In this document: positions 1 through 10,191 of the stretch, one piece after another
Layout: each line of letters begins with the position of its first letter
Numbering within the stretch: position 1 is the first letter of the stretch
Assembly (NCBI RefSeq): GCF_001194135.2
Contig: NC_068987.1
Span: forward strand, 17,987,484 to 18,026,812
Length of the DNA: 39,329 nucleotides
Origin: Octopus bimaculoides
Lineage: Eukaryota
Direction of reading: 5' to 3'
Made by a program: the position numbers and the translations under genes
The notes under the pieces: model-generated
Database searches by the model: none
Told to the model about the DNA's origin: nothing
Seen by the model: the letters and a program-made list of their open reading frames with translations, nothing else

Positions 1-99
1 TATATATATGCATATGAATATATATTCATCAGGAGTCGTTTTTATTATTACTTTTATTATTCTCTGATAAATGTAGTTACAAGTCTGTAATCACGGCTT

Positions 100-950
100 T
101 TATAAAGAAGCTGTAGATATCATAATGGTTTTTGTTTCAACTCTTGCTAGAAGCTGAGTTCAATAGAGATTTCATTGCTATTTAGTTTTATAATTACTGT
201 TATTATTGAAGAATGTGGGAGAACTTTGAGAATCTTGTCTCTGAGAAACCATCCAAAAGTCTTTTGTTAAGATCTTCAAAAGATGTCTAATGAACCAATA
301 AAAAAAGACGTCTTGGTAAAATAGGGATTTTCGGGGTCAAAGCAGAGAAGAACAGTTACGAGTTGTCCTGTCAAAGAGTATCATAAGGCGGAGGAAAGCA
401 AATTACCAGGCCTACTTATGTTAAGCCTTGGTGAATTACTCATTTCTTTACAACCTATCTAGTTGGCCATACTTAGAATAAATTTATAAATACACGTAGC
501 ATAGTGTGTTTTTGAATGCGAGGCCACTTGCTTAGCGACCTCACGTTACTAACCATAAATATACTACTTTCTGTCAATAAAACAAGGATTTCTGTGACGC
601 TGGCATTCGCAAAATTCTTCGATGACTGCAAATCGCAAGCAATTTTTGGTCGGTCTGAATTGGGGAGGGAGCTGGATGGCAGAGCTGTTTCGAAACGTTT
701 TTGATCACGAGGTACAATACATCATCCTTTCTTTGGACGATACGTCCCTGGTGGTGCACATGAGAATCAATAAAAGCAGTGGCGAGTCTCCGACCAGTGC
801 AGATAGACCAGTGTTCATCAGAAAATATTTTTGTCATATTTCGCTATTGGAAAACTGGGATACCGTTTGAGGTACATGCTGATATTGTCTAAGTCATCTG
901 AATCGTGTGTAGACAGTGTGATTTTTAGTCACAAGTAGGAGCTCCAAGAT
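100..950 (-). mobile_element. Highly degenerate non-LTR retrotransposon remnant; probably CR1/L2-group ORF2 endonuclease plus linker region
   Basis: Minus-strand translations give STHDSDDLDNISMYLKRYPSFPIA...GRRLATAF...DDVLYLV...TDQKLL (includes ORF 574-837), then TTRNCSSLL and KDFWMVSQRQDSQSSPTFFNN. These resemble APE-domain and post-APE motifs (YPS..I, GR.A..F, LDL, SDH, ARN.C..VL, RDFW...SSIPPLFN). Many stops and frameshifts; recognition by eye only. Confidence 0.4.
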
Positions 951-1674
951 TTCAACAGGCGAATTACACAGAACTGAGATTTGCAATCTACACATTCGCC
1001 AGTGATAAGAAACACAGACTGGGATCTGAAGACGTAAAGTTAAACGCGTACTTCTCTGCGTTCTTCGCTTACAGCGAATTCTTCAGCGACAGTTGACAGA
1101 TTGTCAGTACCTGACGTTGGAGTGCTCTAAGGATCTGAGTTGAATTTAAGTAGTATGGGAGGAATAAAATTACAATGGCGGTTCATTTCTTAGATTTTAG
1201 CGGCAGCGTTAGACAAGAGACCGTAGTGGAGTTTAGTGCCTAGCTTAACGGCTTCTCGTGGCTCACAGCAGACTAACCTAGAGGCTTCGAGAAACTGATT
1301 ACAGTAGCTGAACTATGGCGGACGGTGTGTGGTTGTGCGAGGGAAAATATAGCCTGGTTCGAATATTGCCCGATGGACTGTGCATAACTCTACCCGATTT
1401 GTTCATCGACATATTGGCTAAAGTCTACTCTAATTTAAATCACCTTAAAGAAATCCAGATCGTAAAAAGGTAATATTAAAGAGAAACGGGGCCAACAGTT
1501 TGCCAAGAGATTTCTTGTCTTCTATAGCAAACTTCGTTTCCCGCTGTTCAATATCTTTATTTTCGATAAGCTGGTGTTTTTGCCAAGAGAAAATAAGGTG
1601 ATAATCATCCACTTAATTCTAGTGAAATCTCTCAGTTGCTTGGATGGAAATAATGATTTCTTTCAGTGATACAG

Positions 1675-1880
1675 GGGTCACAAATTTAGCAGGGAGGGTA
1701 TCATAGGTTATATCGATTTCAGTACAAGAATGGTACTTTATTGCATCGACCGCTAGAAGGATGAAAGACAGAGTTGACCTCATCGAGATTTGAACTAAGA
1801 ATGCAAAGGATCATAATTAAATACCGCCAAAGCATTTTATCCGGCACTCTAACGATCCTGTCAATTCACTTCCTTTGGAT
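1675..1880 (-). mobile_element. SINE family B, diverged copy
   Basis: ggtactttattgcatcgaccgctagaaggatgaaagacagagttgacctcatcgagatttgaactaagaa aligns to the clean copy at 7875-8090 (ggtacttaatttatcgaccccgaaaggatgaaaggcaaagtcaacctcggcggaatttgaactcagaa). Confidence 0.8.
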
Positions 1881-2424
1881 TGAAATAATAACAAATAATT
1901 ATTCAAAGTCATTACCGAAGAGAATTTTAAAGCAAATTGTCCACAACGCATTATGTTTGGCTGGGTGCATGCAGATGATTCTAATCAAGCTATGGGAATA
2001 AAGGAGCGCGCTTTTCCGATGCTTCCGGTAACGATTCGAACATTATTAAGAGTTTTCTGAAGCCTTTACACGACACGCATTTTCTTTTTCTTTTTCTTTT
2101 TCCATTCTTTCATTCTTTACCTGATCTTCAGTCTCTCAACAGCACATCAGCAACATGTTTGAATTTTGGTCATGTGTTAGCGTTAATGGACATTGTTGCT
2201 TCAGAAACTCTTAACATTTCTGTTGTGACTACTTGAGTGATTTGAAATAACTGAACCGACACTCACCGACATTCTTTCATTTGTTATTTTCCTCTTTTTG
2301 TTTTTGCATTTAAGGGTTTGATTCGGATTTTGAATTAACTTCGTAAGTTCTACCAATAATCTTTCCCATGCGAACTTGTCAAAAGTTTTCAGAGCTTTCA
2401 GTAATTGTTTCCAATTACTTATCT

Positions 2425-2555
2425 AGCTCTATAGTAAGAAGCTTGGTTCCTACCGGCCAAATTGTGTTGAATCCATTCCGTCTGCGAGGCACCCAGGGCA
2501 AGTGTCTTCTTCTATAGCCCTGAGATGATTATAGTCTTGTGAGTGGATTTAGTAA
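2425..2555 (+). mobile_element. SINE family A, diverged 5' (head) fragment
   Basis: gtaagaagcttggttcc...gttgaatcc...ggcacccagggcaagtgtcttcttctatagcc...cttgtgagtggatttagta is the reverse complement of the head at 3330-3460 and 6935-7060. Confidence 0.75.
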
Positions 2556-2599
2556 TTATAACGCATCATCTCGCGGTAGAGACAATTATAATAAATCAA

Positions 2600-2665
2600 G
2601 AATTTATATTGCATGGTGTCTGACATACACATGTATATTATATACATGTGTGTGCATGCGTGTGT

Positions 2666-2705
<40 letters not shown>

Positions 2706-3023
2706 GTATATATAAATATATAAATATGTGGTTTTAGAGAAAAGAACCAAAGTCGTTTTATTATCATTATCTTATGATTTTTACTTTGTATTATATTATA
2801 CTTATTTATCATGCATTTACTTATTAATTTTTCGATATACGACTGTGGATTTTCATGGATTAGTTCATAAATTTTCGTTCTTTTCTCTAAAACTATATAT
2901 TTATATATTTTATACTGTGAAACTTAATTTAATTTTAATTTTTGATAAATTGAATTTAATTTACCTGTAATATTTATCCCTAATATTATTATATAAATAT
3001 ATATATATATATTAAATATATAT
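2600..3023. repeat. (CA)n and (TA)n microsatellites in a very AT-rich tract
   Basis: Direct reading: (CA)n at about 2669-2700, TA runs near 2995-3020. Confidence 0.9.
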
Positions 3024-3468
3024 TCTTTTATCTTTTAATTGTTTCAGTTATCAGACAGAAGCAATGCTGGGACATCGCCTTAAAGGAATTTAACCGAATG
3101 AATCGACTCCAGTATTTTCTTTTGAGTCTGGTACTTATTCTATTGAACTGTATTACCGAACCGCTGTGGGGACGTAAACACACCAACAACGGTTGTCAAA
3201 CAGTGGTGGGGGGAATAAACACAGACACAAAGACACACATAGATATATACACACGCACAAACACACACACACAAACACACACACACACACACACATACAT
3301 ATATACGGCAGGCTTCTTTCAGTTTCCGTCTACCAAATCCACTCACAAAGCTTTGGTCGGCCCGAAGCTATAGTAGAAGACACTTGTCCAAGGTTCCACG
3401 CAGTTGGAGTGAACACGGAACTACGTGTTTGTATGCAAGGTTCTTACCACACATCCACGCCTGCGACC
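3024..3468 (-). mobile_element. SINE family A, near full-length, tRNA-derived head, internal (CA/TA)n microsatellite
   Basis: On the minus strand: A-box-like TGGATGTGTGGT, B-box-like GTGTTCACTCC, then ccttggacaagtgtcttctactatagc, an internal (TG)n/(TA)n tract (3225-3305) and a 3' module ending in aaaagataaaaga. Other copies at 6386, 6849, 14850 and 24480. Confidence 0.85.
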
Positions 3469-3511
3469 ATATACATATATATGTATGTATATGCGTGGGC
3501 AAATATATATA

Positions 3512-3920
3512 NNNNNNNNNNNNNNNNNNNNNNNNNNNNNNNNNNNNNNNNNNNNNNNNNNNNNNNNNNNNNNNNNNNNNNNNNNNNNNNNNNNNNNNNN
3601 NNNNNNNNNNNNNNNNNNNNNNNNNNNNNNNNNNNNNNNNNNNNNNNNNNNNNNNNNNNNNNNNNNNNNNNNNNNNNNNNNNNNNNNNNNNNNNNNNNNN
3701 NNNNNNNNNNNNNNNNNNNNNNNNNNNNNNNNNNNNNNNNNNNNNNNNNNNNNNNNNNNNNNNNNNNNNNNNNNNNNNNNNNNNNNNNNNNNNNNNNNNN
3801 NNNNNNNNNNNNNNNNNNNNNNNNNNNNNNNNNNNNNNNNNNNNNNNNNNNNNNNNNNNNNNNNNNNNNNNNNNNNNNNNNNNNNNNNNNNNNNNNNNNN
3901 NNNNNNNNNNNNNNNNNNNN
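3512..3920. other. Assembly gap (N)
   Basis: N run. The other gaps are at 6483-6847, 9512-10140, 14355-14527, 16806-16825, 23147-23268, 24809-25192, 25532-25541, 28418-28802 and 37193-37542. Confidence 1.
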
Positions 3921-4139
3921 GTAACACGTTTTCCAAGAATAAATGTTTTACTATCATAGTTTAACTGAAAGTATATTGTTATACATATAGTTAAGATGAG
4001 TTTGGCATATATAATTTAGATAAACATATATAACAAAAGTGAGAGACAGATAACAAGGGAAAATAAGGAGACACATGTTGCTTCGAGCCTTTTGTATAGA
4101 AAGTGTTTGCTATATGAATTATTGAGCTTGCAGTTGAAA

Positions 4140-4245
4140 AGGGGTTTGGGGGTTTGTTTTTGTGGTATAGTTAGAGAGAGAGGGGGAGAGGGAGAGAGTG
4201 AAAGAGGGAGAGAGAGAAAGAGAAAGAGAGAGCGTGAGAGAAACG
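4140..4245. repeat. (GA)n-rich purine tract
   Basis: Direct reading. Confidence 0.9.
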
Positions 4246-4479
4246 AAATAGTCCAAACAACGAAAGAAATTAACGTTGGGTACCAAAGTCATTTCTTGTA
4301 CTCTAAGGACCATGTCACAAAAATACAAGACATTTAGTGTTGCTTACAATAGAGATTCGCATTTCATTCACCTGCTGACTACTATAACTACATGATATGT
4401 AGGGTTGTGGTTTTAGGTGGGTGGGTGTATACATACCAGATTCACTCAGAATAATGTTATTTGATGAGAAGTCCCTTCT

Positions 4480-4650
4480 GGTTTGGGGTTGCAAGAACGA
4501 ACAATCGATTATGCTCCACAATAGAATAGATATAAAACAAAGTCGGTCGCCCCAAGCACTCGAATTCAGAACATAAAAGTTTTCTAATCGAATACCGCAA
4601 GATAGTTTGTCGATCACGCTAAAGATTCTTCCAAATCCATTGCTTAATTA
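4480..4650 (-). mobile_element. SINE family B, strongly diverged copy
   Basis: aaagtcggtcgccccaagcactcgaattcagaacataaaag...aataccgcaag...gctaaagattcttcc is colinear with aaagtcaacctcggcggaatttgaactcagaacgtaaaa...aatgccgctaa...gctaacgtttctgcc at 7987-8078. Confidence 0.55.
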
Positions 4651-4756
4651 TCCATTCTCTACAAGAAATACATATATGGCGCGTGTCTCATACTTATAGT
4701 GTGCGAGAAGGCGATACTTTAAGAATAGATAATATTTATACACACGTACACGCAAT

Positions 4757-5080
4757 GGGACCCTGGAATATGTAACACACTGCCTAAATACCAATCTTGA
4801 GAAATTAGGCTTCTCAAAACCAGACAGGAGGAAACTGATTCGAAGACTACAGATCCAAGCCATCAACAGAATTGTAAAAATCTGTAAAACTTTCCAGAAC
4901 TTTATCATTTAAGTATATATGATCATGTCTAGATATGCAGGTATATGCATGAGAACACATACATAAAACAAAACAGACAAATCTGCACATATACATACAA
5001 ACAAAAATACCCTGTTGTTGATGTTGAAATTCCAATGAAGGAACCTTACATCTGGGTTAGAAACCGGTTCTTTCTCTACA
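4757..5080 (+). mobile_element. 3' end of a non-LTR retrotransposon with a restriction-like endonuclease (R2/NeSL/R4-type): last 51 codons plus 3' UTR
   Basis: 4757-4912 reads GTLEYVTHCLNTNLEKLGFSKPDRRKLIRRLQIQAINRIVKICKTFQNFII*. This resembles the C-terminus after the REL domain (G.LG.V....L..LG......LQ.....T..I...F). About 165 bp of non-repetitive UTR-like sequence follows. Confidence 0.6.
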
Positions 5081-5097
5081 CGTTTATTAACAGTAAG

Positions 5098-5445
<348 letters not shown>

Positions 5446-6272
5446 AACATGCTAACTCATTTACCAGCATATATTATATTATATTAGATTAGATTATATT
5501 ATATTCGGAAGCAGAAGTTGAATCGTAAAAGAAAATAGGAAACTTTCTAAATATTATCCATTTTACTTTATGATGACGAACAGACGAGATTAAAGGTAAG
5601 CCCTTCCGAAATGAGAAGTCTGGCAAACAACTTTTAGGCGTGTCTTTGTAGCAATTCTATTTCACAGACTTGGCCGATAACCTTGAGAGTGTTATGAAAG
5701 TAATGAATGTCACTAGTCTTCATTTTATGTTTCCTATAAATTTGACGTCATGCATATATAGATAAAAATTAATGTATAAACGGAATATTATTGCATAAAC
5801 ATAGCATCCAAGACATGATTTGCTTCCATGTAGATACATAAAACGAAATACTGTGTCCTTGCCAGCAATTATTACGAACATACCAGTAGCCAGGAATGTA
5901 TTTAATACATAAATTGGTATATTCAATCATGTTACACCACTAAACTTAGTTGGTATTTAAGCAATGTGTTTATGGATAGCTGATGAGTTGGATGTGACCT
6001 TGATGAAAGATCAATAACTCTTGAAATATGCATATACACACAGCACTTATTTTTTTTCTATCTTCGATTGCATTATTTACATACGCATATCCGTTTACAA
6101 ACATCGTAACTTGAAGTGTTGGCTCTGAATTCTATAGAAAATCTACAGAAATAAACTTAAAAGTCATAACAAAATATATACTCATGCTCACACTGTTATG
6201 TATGCACTAGAATATACATATATGTACAGTGAGTGAATATATGTATATACTAATGTGTGCAGAACTAGCGTG

Positions 6273-6385
6273 TATGAAGACGTACTGGAAAGTTCCCGGC
6301 TTTGGGTAAAAGAAAATGCAAGAGGATCAGTTAATTATGATTTTACTCCCTCGCGGATTACCACACATTGCAGCGGTCCTTCAGT
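6273..6385 (+). mobile_element. Mariner-type MITE, 5' half only
   Basis: tatgaagacgtactggaaagttcccggctttgggtaaaagaaaatgcaagaggatcagttaattatga matches 26893-26965 and the reverse complement of 13140-13209. Confidence 0.85.
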
Positions 6386-6441
6386 GCCTTGTGAGTGGAT
6401 TTGGTAGAAGGAAACTGAAAGAAGCCCGTCGTATATATGTG

Positions 6442-6474
<33 letters not shown>

Positions 6475-6482
6475 ATGTTTGC
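6386..6482 (+). mobile_element. SINE family A, internal fragment running into the gap
   Basis: gccttgtgagtggatttggtagaaggaaactgaaagaagcccgtcgtatatatg is the reverse complement of the segment at 3300-3352 and 6908-6956. Confidence 0.9.
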
Positions 6483-6848
6483 NNNNNNNNNNNNNNNNNN
6501 NNNNNNNNNNNNNNNNNNNNNNNNNNNNNNNNNNNNNNNNNNNNNNNNNNNNNNNNNNNNNNNNNNNNNNNNNNNNNNNNNNNNNNNNNNNNNNNNNNNN
6601 NNNNNNNNNNNNNNNNNNNNNNNNNNNNNNNNNNNNNNNNNNNNNNNNNNNNNNNNNNNNNNNNNNNNNNNNNNNNNNNNNNNNNNNNNNNNNNNNNNNN
6701 NNNNNNNNNNNNNNNNNNNNNNNNNNNNNNNNNNNNNNNNNNNNNNNNNNNNNNNNNNNNNNNNNNNNNNNNNNNNNNNNNNNNNNNNNNNNNNNNNNNN
6801 NNNNNNNNNNNNNNNNNNNNNNNNNNNNNNNNNNNNNNNNNNNNNNNA

Positions 6849-6875
6849 CAAACACAGACACACAAACATGTGCAA

Positions 6876-6906
<31 letters not shown>

Positions 6907-7063
6907 CATACGACGGGATTCTTGCAGTTTCCGTCTACCAAATCCACTCACAAGGCTTTGGTCGGCTCGAGGCTATAGCAGAAGACACTGGCCCAAGGTG
7001 CCATGCAGTTGGACTGAACCCGGAACCATGTCGTTAGTAAGCAAGCTACTTACCACACAACTA
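6849..7063 (-). mobile_element. SINE family A, 5' half (well preserved)
   Basis: Minus strand has B-box GGTTCAGTCC, A-box-like gtgtggtaag, ccttgggccagtgtcttctgctatagcc and the internal microsatellite. Confidence 0.9.
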
Positions 7064-7672
7064 CATATATATGAATACTATTATGTCCACACATCCACAC
7101 TGTTACATATACACATTTCTGTAGATATGCAGGAACACTATTGTGGGGGGGGGATGCGCGAGCGTTCCCGTCTTAGTAGTACACATTCCTCCGCAATAAT
7201 ATACACACATATACTAATATATACACATATACTAATATATACACATACACACACTATTATACACCCATACAAATTCATAGTCTTTCTAAACAATAGCTTA
7301 ATTAAATTGCTATATTCTTTATATAATTTCCCTTCTTCTTATCTTAGGGTTAATTTGTTGCTTTTTGTTGTCTTATTGTATTTTTAAATTCAAATTAATA
7401 TTCATCTGAAAGATCAGGTTTCATATAAATTAATAAAAGAACGAATTTGATAAATGAAAAAAAAATATATGAATTTACTTTCACAGAACTTATTTCATAT
7501 TATATCTTCCTTTGTCTTCGGAATAAATATTTTCGCTGCTTCTGATAGATAATGCCTTTAATTAGTTTGAAATTTTTTCCTTTCAAAAAGTCGTTTGTTC
7601 ATAAAACTCATTTACATTTCAAGTTCAAATACAAGAGAAATTTTAACGTATACTATATTTTTTTAATTTGCT

Positions 7673-7872
7673 AGGGTCGGCGAGGAGACTAAACCGTTAG
7701 CGCGTAGGACGAAATGCTTATTAGCATTTATTCTGGTTGACTCTTTGAGTTTTACCAAGGTCGACTTTGCCTTTCATCCTTTAGAGGTCGAAAAATAAAG
7801 TACCAGTCAAGTAGTAGGGACGATGTAATCGACTAACTCCTTCCCCTCAAAATTTCTGGCCTTGTGCTATAA
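7673..7872 (+). mobile_element. SINE family B, full-length
   Basis: gtcgactttgcctttcatcctttagaggtcgaaaaataaagtaccag...aaaatttctggccttgtgc is the reverse complement of the adjacent copy. Confidence 0.9.
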
Positions 7873-7874
7873 TA

Positions 7875-8090
7875 TTCTTTTCTACTCTAGGCACAAGGCC
7901 AGAAATTTTGGGGTTAGGGCCAGTCCATTAGATCAACCCCAGTACGCAACTGGTACTTAATTTATCGACCCCGAAAGGATGAAAGGCAAAGTCAACCTCG
8001 GCGGAATTTGAACTCAGAACGTAAAAAAAAGACAAAATGCCGCTAAACATTTCGCCCGGCATGCTAACGTTTCTGCCGACTCACCGCCTT
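7875..8090 (-). mobile_element. SINE family B, full-length, least diverged copy; tRNA-derived
   Basis: Minus strand reads aaggcggtgagtcggcagaaacgttagc (A box), gagttcaaattcc (B box), central gcctttcatcctttcggggtcgataaattaagtaccag (resembles the Meta/MESC-type SINE central domain, from recall), tail ggccttgtgcctagagtagaaaag. Confidence 0.92.
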
Positions 8091-8117
8091 CTTTGTGCTA
8101 ATATTGAAGCCAAATTT

Positions 8118-8335
8118 GCTCAGCTGGCAGAATCGCTACCATGTTGTACAAAATACTTAGTTGCATTTCATCCGGCTTATTTTGCATTTTAAGCTCAAAT
8201 CTCACCAAGCCCGACTTTGCCTTTGATATATTCAGAATCGATAAAATAAAATACCACTCTAGTACTCGGGTCGATGGTAACCATTTGCCCCTTCCCCTCA
8301 AAACTGCTGGCCTTGTGAAAACATTAGAAAGAAAA
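8118..8335 (+). mobile_element. SINE family B, diverged full-length copy
   Basis: agctggcagaatcgcta...gctcaaatc...cgactttgcctttgatatattcagaatcgataaaataaaatacc...ctggccttgtg. Confidence 0.85.
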
Positions 8336-8355
8336 TTATCATATGATTTGCTTCA

Positions 8356-8615
8356 GGGAGGTAAGCTGACAGAGTCGTCAGCGCCTCGGACAAAATGATT
8401 TGCAGCATTTATTCCGGTTCTTTACGTTCTGATTTTAAATTCTTTCGAGGTCGCATTTGCTGTTCATCAATTTGGATTTGATAATATGATATCAGTTAAG
8501 CACTGGGATCCATGTAAACGAACTATTTTTCCCACGAAAGTTACTGTCCCTGGGCCTTATTAAATAATTACTTTTTCCAGCGAGCAGACAGAATCGCTAG
8601 GCTGTCGGCACATAC
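8356..8615 (+). mobile_element. SINE family B, diverged copy plus a further head fragment (8578-8615)
   Basis: aagctgacagagtcgtcagcg...ctttacgttctgattttaaattc...gaggtcgcatttgctgttcatc...cactgggatccatgtaaacga; then gagcagacagaatcgctag. Confidence 0.7.
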
Positions 8616-8715
8616 CCTATTTCTAGCAAGTTCTTTGGAAGTTGATCGTTTCATGTTTCGTTGTGCTTCTCTCTCTTCCTCTATCATATGTAGCATCAGC
8701 CATTAGGTTTCGACC

Positions 8716-8822
8716 TCTCTCTCTTTCTCTCTCTCTCTCACTTTCTATCTCTCTCTCTCTTTCTCTCTCTTTCTTTATCCATCCCTTTCGCTCACTTTCT
8801 CTTTTTTTCTCTCTCTCTCTTA
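8716..8822. repeat. (CT)n microsatellite
   Basis: Direct reading. Confidence 0.95.
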
Positions 8823-8987
8823 ATAACTAATAGACAAATCAAATAATTAACGAGTAAACAAATAAAATTAAAAGGAAATAATTTTTTTAAATGACATAAA
8901 AACAAGGCGTGCATAAAAATTAAGAAATTACTAAACATCGAGAAGATGAGTGCAGTAACTCTTTCTTGCAATCCACATACACGCATG

Positions 8988-9180
<193 letters not shown>

Positions 9181-9340
9181 TGTACATATACATATGTATT
9201 AAATAAATGTATATTTGTAGGGATGTTTAAGTATATATGTATAAATGCACGGGTGTATGTATAAGTGTGTAAATTTATATAGAGAGAGAGATAGATACAT
9301 AGACAGGTACAGAGAGAAAGAGAGACAGAGTGACAGACAG

Positions 9341-9462
9341 GGGCAGAGAGAGACAGACAGGGGCAGAGAGAGACAGACAGGCAGAGAGAGACAGACAGGC
9401 AGAGAGAGACAGACAGGCAGAGAGAGACAGACAGGCAGAGAGAGACAGACAGGCAGAGAGAC
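9341..9462. repeat. Minisatellite: 2 x 20-bp plus 4 x 18-bp units (gcagagagagacagacag)
   Basis: 18-bp units start at 9381, 9399, 9417 and 9435; source of the RERQTG ORF. Confidence 0.95.
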
Positions 9463-10191
9463 ATAAAACTCACCCACCTCACTTTGTTTATAAATAGAAA
9501 TAAGTTCAACANNNNNNNNNNNNNNNNNNNNNNNNNNNNNNNNNNNNNNNNNNNNNNNNNNNNNNNNNNNNNNNNNNNNNNNNNNNNNNNNNNNNNNNNN
9601 NNNNNNNNNNNNNNNNNNNNNNNNNNNNNNNNNNNNNNNNNNNNNNNNNNNNNNNNNNNNNNNNNNNNNNNNNNNNNNNNNNNNNNNNNNNNNNNNNNNN
9701 NNNNNNNNNNNNNNNNNNNNNNNNNNNNNNNNNNNNNNNNNNNNNNNNNNNNNNNNNNNNNNNNNNNNNNNNNNNNNNNNNNNNNNNNNNNNNNNNNNNN
9801 NNNNNNNNNNNNNNNNNNNNNNNNNNNNNNNNNNNNNNNNNNNNNNNNNNNNNNNNNNNNNNNNNNNNNNNNNNNNNNNNNNNNNNNNNNNNNNNNNNNN
9901 NNNNNNNNNNNNNNNNNNNNNNNNNNNNNNNNNNNNNNNNNNNNNNNNNNNNNNNNNNNNNNNNNNNNNNNNNNNNNNNNNNNNNNNNNNNNNNNNNNNN
10001 NNNNNNNNNNNNNNNNNNNNNNNNNNNNNNNNNNNNNNNNNNNNNNNNNNNNNNNNNNNNNNNNNNNNNNNNNNNNNNNNNNNNNNNNNNNNNNNNNNNN
10101 NNNNNNNNNNNNNNNNNNNNNNNNNNNNNNNNNNNNNNNNTATATATATATATATATATAAATGCTTGATGTTTTAGCTATATGTTCAATC

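Noticed and set aside
1250-1520. Minus-strand GKLLAPFLFNI...QYVDE resembling RT motifs
   Set aside because: Short matches in different frames. It would place RT upstream of the endonuclease-like region at 100-950, and is too weak to call.
5581-5602. Consensus donor AAG|gtaagc with a possible 12-nt microexon
   Set aside because: The acceptor lacks an adjacent polypyrimidine tract; isolated donor matches are expected by chance.
7875-8090. tRNA-like A/B boxes as a tRNA gene (also 6990-7060 and 36403-36486)
   Set aside because: No complete cloverleaf, and the boxes continue into multi-copy SINE bodies.
9341-9462. Regularly spaced repeats as a CRISPR-like array (also the 36119-36288 duplication and the SINE B cluster)
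   Set aside because: No unique spacers of constant length, no cas genes, eukaryotic context.
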